Positions 56,213 through 64,000 of a DNA stretch of 64,000 nt are shown piece after piece. A model generated the notes under the pieces. That model was given only the letters and a program-made list of their open reading frames with translations. It had not been told where the DNA came from and did no database searches. Every line of letters begins with the position of its first letter. Position 1 is the first letter of the stretch. Position numbers and translations under genes: made by a program. This stretch comes from an uncultured delta proteobacterium (GTDB lineage: Bacteria; Myxococcota; Myxococcia; Myxococcales; Myxococcaceae): positions 64,001 through 128,000 of the forward strand of contig CAVYSY010000052.1 of the NCBI GenBank assembly GCA_963771175.1, in the 5' to 3' direction.

Positions 56213-56328
56213 GGGCGGCACCTCCGGCCCGGGAGCGGGGTCCCTGGCCGCCAGGGCGTCCTTCCCTTGCCTGCTGCCGTCCTGGTGCAACGTCTCCAAC
56301 CTGACAGGGAAAGGAGGCGGACACACCC

Positions 56329-56787
56329 ATGGCCATGATGCACAATCAGGAGACGGAGTCCTGGTCCGGTGAAGGCGTAGGAACGAGCGCGGAGTCGTTC
56401 CTCGCGCGAATCAACCGCGAGGTCCCCGAGTATCCCCCGGCCGATGCGGCGGACGCGGTGATGAGCGCACTCTGCGCACGGTTGCCCGGTGGGCTGGTGC
56501 AGGAGATGAGGGAGCAGTTCCCCGAGGATCTGCGACAACTCTTCCAGCACTGCTGGAAGGACCGCAGCGCTCCCGGGAAGAAGTTCGACAAGGACGACTT
56601 CTACATGGACGTCGCCGAGCATCTGCAGATTGACGCCGAGCAGGTCCGTCTCGTCCTCTACGTCGTCTTCGCCTCCATCCGCTCGCAGATCACCGAGAAG
56701 CTGTCGGACAAGATCGACGGTGAGCTGCCGCCCAACATGTCCGGCACCTGGGAAGCCTCGCATCGGGGCGCGGAGCGGCCTCGCTGA
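56329..56787 (+). CDS. DUF2267-like protein
   Basis: Helical repeat pattern AVMSALCARL...QFPEDL / VFASIRSQI...ELPPNM..W; AGGAGG RBS. Confidence 0.7.
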   Translation: MAMMHNQETESWSGEGVGTSAESFLARINREVPEYPPADAADAVMSALCARLPGGLVQEMREQFPEDLRQLFQHCWKDRSAPGKKFDKDDFYMDVAEHLQIDAEQVRLVLYVVFASIRSQITEKLSDKIDGELPPNMSGTWEASHRGAERPR

Positions 56788-56850
56788 GACTCCGCGGGGC
56801 CCCGGTGGGCCATGTGCCCCCGGGGCCCCTTCGCTTCGAGACCCCGCGTC

Positions 56851-57642
56851 CTACCGGCCCGGTGCCGGCGCTCCCGGCTCGATGGCGAAGATGAGCGTCA
56901 CCACCGCCCGCACCGTCTGCTCCTCCGGTTGGATGGGCGTCGTCACGTCCGCCGGCGCTCCCCCCCGGGCCAGCTCGTAGCGCGCCACCACCGGGATGGG
57001 TCGCTGCGGCTCCGTCACCGTGCTCGCGTCCAGCACCGGCCCCAGCTTCACCCCCAACGACGTCGCCAGCACCTGCGCCGACTGCCTCGCCCGCTCCACC
57101 GCGTTGCGCAGCGCCTCTCCCTGCACCGTCTCCGGCTTGCTCAGCCCGAAGCGCACCGACTCCACCCGGTTCGCCCCCGCCCCCAACGCCGTGTCCAGCA
57201 GCGTCCCCACCCGCGCCAGCTCGCGCACGTGCACCTCCACCAGGTTGCTCACCCGGTAGCCCCGCAGCTTCGGCGCCTCGTCCGGCTTCGTCGGCGGCGT
57301 GTACTCCGGGTACACCGCGTAGTTGCGCGTCTCCATCTCCTTGCGCGGAATCCCCGCCCGCACCAGCGCGGTGATGACCTTGTCCATGTTCCGCGCGTTG
57401 TCCTCCGCCGCCGCCTTCGCCGTCGGGGCCTGCGTCTCCACCGCCAGGTCGATGAAGGCCTCGTCCGGCGCCACCTTCACCTCGCCCATCCCCTCCACCC
57501 GGATGGTCCGCTCCGAGGGAGCCACCCGCGGCGGGGGGAGCGGCGCGGGCACGGGCGTCGGCTCCCGGGGTTGGGCCTCGGCCACCCACGTCAGGGGGCT
57601 CATCAGCAGAACGAGCAACGGGGCCATGCGCGCAACGAACAT
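56851..57642 (-). CDS. SIMPL (DUF541) domain exported protein
   Basis: TIRVEGMGEVKVAPDEA, GYRVSN, GANRV, IQPEEQTVRAVV. Confidence 0.9.
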   Translation of the reverse strand: MFVARMAPLLVLLMSPLTWVAEAQPREPTPVPAPLPPPRVAPSERTIRVEGMGEVKVAPDEAFIDLAVETQAPTAKAAAEDNARNMDKVITALVRAGIPRKEMETRNYAVYPEYTPPTKPDEAPKLRGYRVSNLVEVHVRELARVGTLLDTALGAGANRVESVRFGLSKPETVQGEALRNAVERARQSAQVLATSLGVKLGPVLDASTVTEPQRPIPVVARYELARGGAPADVTTPIQPEEQTVRAVVTLIFAIEPGAPAPGR

Positions 57643-57877
57643 CGCGGTGCCTCCTCGCGGGGTGGGCTCCTCCTCAAGGTGGGTCCGTGGACAAGGGGTG
57701 GCATTGCCCGGCGGGTGGACCGGACGAGCGCTCGCCAGGGCCGAGCGTCCACCTTCCAGCGATAGACGCTCCCTCCGGGACATTGCAACGACGCAGCGCG
57801 CTGCCCATCCTCCCCTCGGCCGAACCGGAGCACATGGACCGACCCGGCGAGGCCCTGCCGTCCGAGGGGGAGACACC

Positions 57878-58849
57878 GTGGCCACTGACACCCTGCGCCT
57901 GCGCGTGGAGCGCATCACGCCCGAAGCCGAGGACATCCTCTCCTACGAGCTCGTCTCCGAGGACGGCGGCCCGCTGCCACCCTTCGAGGCCGGCTCCCAC
58001 CTGGACGTCCACGTCCCCGGGGGTTTCCTGCGGCAGTACTCGCTCTGCAATGACCCGGAGGAGACACACCGCTACCTCATCGCCGTGCAGCGGGACTCGC
58101 GGGGACGCGGGGGCTCGCGCGCGATGCACGAGCAGGTCCACCCCGGCGCCGTGCTCACCACCCGTCCGCCGCGCAACGACTTCCCGCTGCTGCACGCCCG
58201 CGGCTACGTGCTGGTGGCCGGTGGCATCGGCATCACCCCGCTGCTGTCCATGGCCCGCACCCTCCGGCGCCGGGGCGCGAAGTGGCACCTCTATTTCTGC
58301 ACCCGCTCGCCCGAGCGCACCGCCTTCCGCGAGCTGCTCTCCTCACCGGACTTCGCCGGCCACGTCACCTTCCACCATGATGGGGGAGACCCGTCCCGGG
58401 GGCTCGACATGAGGGAGCTGCTCGCCACGCGGACCGCGGGCTTCCGCCTCTACTGCTGCGGCCCCGCCGGGTTGATGAAGGCCGTGCGCGAGGCCTCCGT
58501 CCACCACCAGTGGCCGAGCGAGAAGGTCCACTTCGAGGCCTTCACCGCCGAGGCCACCGGCGCCATCAGCGCGCGCGCGGACTCCGAGTTCCAGGTCGTC
58601 GTCCGCAGCACCGGCGCCGCCTACCCCGTCCCGGCGGGGCAGACCGTGCTCAACGTGCTGCGCAAGAACGGGCTGCGCGTCCCCAGCGACTGCGAGGCCG
58701 GCTCCTGCGGCACCTGCCTCACCCACGTCCTCGAGGGCGAGCCCGACCACCGCGACACCTTCCTGTCCGAGCCCCAGCGCAACACGTGCCGCAACATGCT
58801 CCTCTGCGTGTCGCGCGCTCGCTCGCGCAAGCTCGTGCTGGACCTGTAG
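57878..58849 (+). CDS. PDR/VanB family ferredoxin reductase
   Basis: RQYSL, GRGGS, AGGIGITP, YCCGP, HFEAF, 2Fe-2S CEAGSCGTC...CVSR. Confidence 0.93.
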   Translation: MATDTLRLRVERITPEAEDILSYELVSEDGGPLPPFEAGSHLDVHVPGGFLRQYSLCNDPEETHRYLIAVQRDSRGRGGSRAMHEQVHPGAVLTTRPPRNDFPLLHARGYVLVAGGIGITPLLSMARTLRRRGAKWHLYFCTRSPERTAFRELLSSPDFAGHVTFHHDGGDPSRGLDMRELLATRTAGFRLYCCGPAGLMKAVREASVHHQWPSEKVHFEAFTAEATGAISARADSEFQVVVRSTGAAYPVPAGQTVLNVLRKNGLRVPSDCEAGSCGTCLTHVLEGEPDHRDTFLSEPQRNTCRNMLLCVSRARSRKLVLDL

Positions 58850-58867
58850 GCGCGCGGGCCCCGCGCC

Positions 58868-61800
58868 TCACGCCGCCTGGCCCGGCTCCCGGCCTCGCGC
58901 CTTCGCCACCCAGCCGCGCACCTGCTCGCGCAGCTTCTGTGGATCAAACGGCTTGTCCACGCGCTCGTTCTCCACGCGGTCCATGAAGGAGCGCGCCGCC
59001 GGCGTGAAGGCGCCTCCGGTGAGGAACACCATCCGCTGAGCCACCGTGGGTGCCGCCACCGTCAGCTCGGCGTGCACCTCCATGCCCGTCAGGTCCGGCA
59101 TCATCAGGTCGCAGAGGATGACGTCCACCTCCTGCCCCTTGGGACCCAGCAGCATCGTCAGCGCCTGACGGGAGCTCGTCACCACCTCCACGTCGTGCTC
59201 GCGCGCCAGCGTCCGCCTCACCGCGGAGCTCACCATCACATCATCGTCGACAATCATCACTCGGCCACGCACGCGCGCACCCTCCTGCTGTTCCCGCTGT
59301 ACCGGACGCACTCCCGAGGCAGCGGGCGCCGCCGCTGCCCCCAGTGTCACACGAAACACCGTCCCCTTGCCCGGCTCACTCTCCACGGAAATGTCCCCGC
59401 CCAGGGCGCTGATGAATCGATGACACAGCGCCAGCCCCAACCCCGTCCCCACCCCCACCGGTTTGGTGGTGAAGAAGGGGTCGAAGATGTGCGCCATCAC
59501 CTCCGGGGGAATACCACACCCGGTGTCCCTGCACCTCCGCCACCACCCGCTCTCCGGCCCGCAGCGTCACCAGCCGCACCTCGTGGAGCGCCACCTGTCC
59601 CTCGGGAAAGGCCTGCGCGGCGTTGATGATGAGGTTGAGGAAGACCTGCGCCAGCCGAGGCTCGTTGCCGTCCACCCAGGCGAAATCCCCGTACTCCTTC
59701 ACCAGCCGGGCCCGTGGGCGCAGCTCGTTCGCCGCCAGCTTCGCCGCCGAGTCCAGCACCGCGTGCAGGTCCACCGGCCCGCGCGCCTCCTCGTCGCCGC
59801 GTGAGAAGGTCCTCAGGTCCTGGACGATGCGCCGCACCCGCTCCGCGCCGTGCAGGGCCTCGCGCAGCGCCCGCTCCATGTCCTCGAGCCGCTTGCCGCC
59901 CGGAGTGCCCGCCGGCAGCTCCCGCCCCAGCACCGCCGCCTCCGCGCTGGCGAACTCCAGGTTGGACACGATGTAGGCCAGCGGGTTGTTGATTTCGTGG
60001 CCCACGCCCGCGGCCAGCGTGCCCACCGCCGCCATCTTCCCCGCCTGCACCAGTTGGGACTGGGCCTGACGCAGGGCGCGCAGGTTCTCGTCCAGCTCGC
60101 GGTTGGCCATGGCCAGCTCGCGCGTGCGCTCCTCCACGCGCGCCTCCAGCCAGCGCTCGCGAGCCTTGAGCCGGCCCACCCGCAGCGCGTACAGCCCCGT
60201 GCCCGCCGCCCCCACGCCCAGCACGCACAGCGCGTAGAACCACAGCGTCTCGTGGAAGCGCGGCACGAGCGTCAGCTCCACGGTGACGCCGGGCTCGGTC
60301 CACACCGCGTCCCGGTTGGCCGCCGTCACCTCGAAGCGGTAGTCGCCCGGGGGCAGGTGCGTGTACGAGACGGTGCGACGCTCCTCGGCATCCACCCACT
60401 CCGGGTCATGCCCCACCAGCCGGTAGCGGAGGGGCAGCCGGGTGGAGTCCCCCAGCGAGAGCGCGGTGAAGCGGAACTCCACGTCCCGCTGTCCCGGCTC
60501 CAGCACCAGCTTGCCGGCGGGCGGCACCGGCCGGCCCTGCACCCGCACCTCCTCCAGACGCGGCTCGGCCGGCGGGCGGCTGCACCACCAGCTTCTTCGG
60601 GTCCACCGCCACCACGCCCTTGAGCGTGGGGAACCACAGCCGCCCGTCGCGCGAGCGCCACCCCGCGGGCGACAGGTTGCCGTTGCACTCGGCGCTGCGC
60701 AGGCCGTCGCGCCTGTCGAAGAAGAGCGCGCGCACCGCGGTGCGCTGGCCCTCGGCCACCTCCTCCAGCTCGCGCCGGGACACCCGGGAGATGCCCTTGT
60801 TGCAGCTCATCCACAGGTGGCCCTCCTCGTCCTCGAGGATGCGGAAGACGGCGTCGTCGACGAGGCCCTGCGCGGTGGTGAAGCGCGTGAAGCGCCCGCC
60901 TCGCAGCAGGGTGAGGCCCGTGCTCGTCCCCACCCACAGGCCGCCCGCGCGGGTCCGCGTACAGGTCTATCACCCGGTTGCCCGTGAGCCCGTCCGCCGT
61001 GGTGAAGCGCGTGAAGGTGTCGCCCGACAGCCGGTACAGCCCCCCGAAGGAGCCGAACCAGAGCGTCCCCTCGGAGTCCTCGGCGATGGTGGGAACGCTC
61101 TCCTGCGGGCCCCCCTGCTCCGGGCCGAAGCAGGTGAGGGCGGCCCCGCGCTTGCGGCACAGGCCCCCCAGCGTGCCGAATCCACAGGTCGCCCCGCGAG
61201 TCGACGAAGAGGGAGAAGACGAGGTCATCCGCCAGCCCGTGCTCGCGCCCCAGCCGGGTGAAGCTCCGGCCGTCGTAGTGGAAGACGCCCCCGGGGGTGC
61301 CCACCCACAGCGTGCCGTCCCGGTCCTCGGCGATGGCGCGGAGGGTCTCCTGGGTGAGCCCCTCCTCCCGTCCGAAGTGGGTGAGCACTCCGTCCTTCAT
61401 CCGGGTCAGTCCACCCGCGTAGGACCCCATCCACAGCGCGCCCTGATGATCCTCCAGCACCACCGTGGACAGGTCGTCCTTGAGGCCCTCGGGTTGGCCG
61501 AAGGCGATGAAGGGGGCAGCCCGAAACCGATAGAGGCCTCCCATGAACGTGCCCACCCAGAGGGAGCCCTCACGGTCCTCCAGCAGGGACATCACGCTCC
61601 CGCCGGGGAAGCCCTCCTTCGGGCCGAGCACGGAGAAGCCCGCCGCCGAGCCACGCCACAGCCGGCCCTTCTCGGTGCCCACCCACAGGTTGCCGTCGCG
61701 GTCCTCCGCGAGCGCGTTCACCTGCTCGCCCGGAGCACCCTCCCGGAGAGTGACGAGCCGGGCCTGTCCCTCGTGAAAGCGGACCAGGCCCGCGTCCGTG

Positions 61801-62514
61801 CCCACCCACAGCGACTCGTCCCGCCGCTCGAGCAGCGCCCGCACCGCCACTCCGGCCACGCCCCCCGGCAGACGCACCGGCTCCAGGCGACCCTTGGACA
61901 GGCGCGCCAGTCCCCGCGTCGTCCCCACCCACAGCACGCCCTCGCTGGTCCAGCAGCAGCGACGCCACCTTGCCGGAAGGCAGCCCCTCGTGGGTGCCGT
62001 AGCGCCGCACCTGCCCGTCCCGCAGGAGGAAGAGCCCCTCCTCCGCCCCCACCCACAGGCTCCCGTCCCCGCCCACCGCGAGCGCGTGCACCTCCACGTC
62101 GCCCAATTCCGACTCCGGGGCCACGCGCTGGAAACGCCCCTCCCGGTAGGAGAGGACGCCCCGCCCCGTGCCCACCCACAGCGTGCCGGTCGCGTCCTCG
62201 ACGAGCGCGCGGCTCACCTCGTCGCGCAGCTCGGGCGTGTTGTGCTTGTCGAAGACGGTGAAGCGCAGGCCATCGAAACGGACGAGTCCCTCCCACGTCC
62301 CTCCCCACAGGAAGCCGTCGCGCGTCTGCGCCAGCGAGTAGATGGAGTTCTGCGGCAGCCCGTCCTCGTCCCTCCAGACGTCCTGGCTGTACTGGGTGAC
62401 GCGGCGGTGGGGATCGAGCGCGTGCGCGGGCGCCCCCAGGCCCACCAGCACCGCCATGGCCGGCACCAGCAGGCCGTGCATCCCGACTCGTCGCATTCCG
62501 GCCAGATGTGCCAT
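58868..62514 (-). CDS. Hybrid histidine kinase with beta-propeller/Y_Y_Y sensor and receiver (about 5 frameshifts)
   Basis: Repeated EDRDGxLWVGT/GL units, YTHLPPGDYRFEV, GHEINNPL, NLIINAAQ, PFFTTK..GTGLGL, CDLMMP. Confidence 0.9.
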
Positions 62515-62707
62515 GTCCGACAGCCTCGTATCAAACCAGGTCCGAGAAATAGCCCCCTACCCGGCCAGGACTCCCTCGGTTCCCCGGCTCGTAGACGGGA
62601 TTCCCCTGGAAAAACAAGCGGGTAGCCGAGCAAGAGCGTGACCTCCCGAATACCTGCCTTCCTGGAAGATGCTAGGTTCGCGCCCCTCACCCCGGCCCCC
62701 GCCTCCG

Positions 62708-64000
62708 ATGACCGCCGCCAGCCCCCGGGCCACCCCCGAGCCCCTCCCCGAGCCGCCCCCGTCCCCCCCAGAGGAGCCACGCCGCCGCTCCCGGTCCCGC
62801 GCGGACCGGCCGCGCCAGGCGAGCATCGCCGCGGTGGTGGCCCTGCTCCTCTTCGAGTTCACCGTGAGGGGCAACGACATCCCCTGGCGCGAGGCGGTGG
62901 CGGTGCTGCTGGCGGGGGCGGTGGTGGCCACCTTCGGCGGGGAGCTGGTGCGCGACGCCTGGGCCTTCCGCCTGCGCCTGTGGCGCCACCGGTGGCCGGA
63001 CCTGCTCTTCACCGTGCCGACGGCGCTGTCGCTGGGCGCGGGCAGCCCCCGGGGCGCGGCCACCCTGCTGGCGCTGAGGCTGCTGGCGCGCGAGCTCATC
63101 GACCTGGTGGCCTGGCGCCCCGCGCGACCCGTGCTCCAGGCGCTGATGCGGCGCCCGCTGCCGCTGCTGTGCCTCTCCTTCCTGCTCACCATCAGCCTGG
63201 GCACGCTGGCGCTGATGTTCCCCGCGGCCACGCGCGACGGGGTGGGCGCGCCCTTCCTGGTGGCCCTCTTCACCGCCACCAGCGCCTCGTGCGTGACGGG
63301 GCTGTCCGTGGTGGACACCGGGAGCTTCTTCAGCCCCTTCGGCCACTGGGTGATTCTCGGGCTCATCCAGGTGGGGGGCCTGGGCATCATGACCATCACC
63401 ACCACGCTGGCCCTGGCCTTCCGCAGCCAGCTCTCGGCGCGCACCCGGGGGGCCATGCAGGAGCTGCTCGAGGAGGACACGGTCCAGGGCTTCCAGCGGC
63501 TGCTCTACTCCATGTCGCTCATCACCGTGACGCTGGAGGTGCTGGGCGCGCTGGCCCTCTACCCCTCGATGGCGCTGGCGCCGGATGGGCACCCGCTGTC
63601 GGCCTCGGACCGGGCCTTCTACGCCCTGTTCCACGCGGTGAGCGCCTTCTGCAACGCGGGCTTCGGGCTCTACCCGGACAACCTGGTGCGCTTCGTGGGC
63701 AGCCCCGGCGTCAACCTCACCGTCATCTCCCTCATCACCCTGGGAGGCCTGGGCTTCCCCGTCGTCACCTCGCTGCTGGACTGGAGACTGTGGAAGGAGC
63801 GGGGCCTTCGCGGCGCCTGGCGCTTCCTGCCGGTGCACACGCGCGTGGTGCTCCTCACCAGCGCCGCGCTGATGCTGGGGGGCACGCTCGCGTGGCTCGT
63901 CCTGGAGTGGAACCACTCGCTGGCCGGGCTCTCCCTGGGACAGCGGCTGTGGGGCAGCCTCTTCCAGAGCGTCACCTTGCGCACCGCGGGCTTCAACTCG
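62708..64000 (+). CDS. TrkH/KtrB family potassium uptake membrane protein (runs off window end)
   Basis: Frame from ATG 62708 gives FTATSASCVTGLSVVDT, IQVGGLGIMT, FHAVSAFCNAGF, LGGLGF, FQSVTLRTAGFN; absent from the ORF track because no stop is reached. Confidence 0.9.
   Translation, partial: MTAASPRATPEPLPEPPPSPPEEPRRRSRSRADRPRQASIAAVVALLLFEFTVRGNDIPWREAVAVLLAGAVVATFGGELVRDAWAFRLRLWRHRWPDLLFTVPTALSLGAGSPRGAATLLALRLLARELIDLVAWRPARPVLQALMRRPLPLLCLSFLLTISLGTLALMFPAATRDGVGAPFLVALFTATSASCVTGLSVVDTGSFFSPFGHWVILGLIQVGGLGIMTITTTLALAFRSQLSARTRGAMQELLEEDTVQGFQRLLYSMSLITVTLEVLGALALYPSMALAPDGHPLSASDRAFYALFHAVSAFCNAGFGLYPDNLVRFVGSPGVNLTVISLITLGGLGFPVVTSLLDWRLWKERGLRGAWRFLPVHTRVVLLTSAALMLGGTLAWLVLEWNHSLAGLSLGQRLWGSLFQSVTLRTAGFNS

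Noticed and set aside
60600..62400. Recurring ACCCACAG nucleotide repeats
   Set aside because: They encode the LWVG units of beta-propeller repeats in the sensor kinase

Overview
High-GC (roughly 70%) chromosomal segment whose gene content (MYXO-CTERM-like motif, Ser/Thr kinase plus sigma54 activator module, lipoprotein toxin/immunity remnant, PEGA protein) points to a myxobacterium of the Cystobacterineae type (inference). About 55 protein-coding loci are recognisable; no rRNA, tRNA or CRISPR array was seen. Many long genes are broken by single-base frameshifts, most likely uncorrected long-read errors. Main highlight: a minus-strand locus at 43.3-49.8 kb encoding an NrtR-type Nudix regulator, PP2C phosphatase, YegI-like kinase, an interposed toxin-antitoxin pair, a long nicotinamidase and a vWA protein. 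This is a TerY-P/yegL-pphC-yegI-like triad combined with NAD-salvage genes, and five 21-bp GTGTC-N5-(G/A)ACA(C) operator-like boxes overlap three similarly built sigma70-like promoters. Other highlights: a dispersed gene set resembling the mycobacterial DosR hypoxia regulon (RtcB, archease, PRTases, PncB, USPs, P-type ATPase) with tandem GCGCA-N5-TGCGC sites and sigma54-like promoters; an HNH/DUF4265 toxin-immunity cassette bracketed by a duplicated piece of prs; a surface protein with an internal MYXO-CTERM motif fused to a barrel-OmpA module; an ABC-ATPase + DUF4276-like candidate defence pair; and a 27-bp perfect palindrome present twice. All family assignments come from motif recognition by eye, not database searches.
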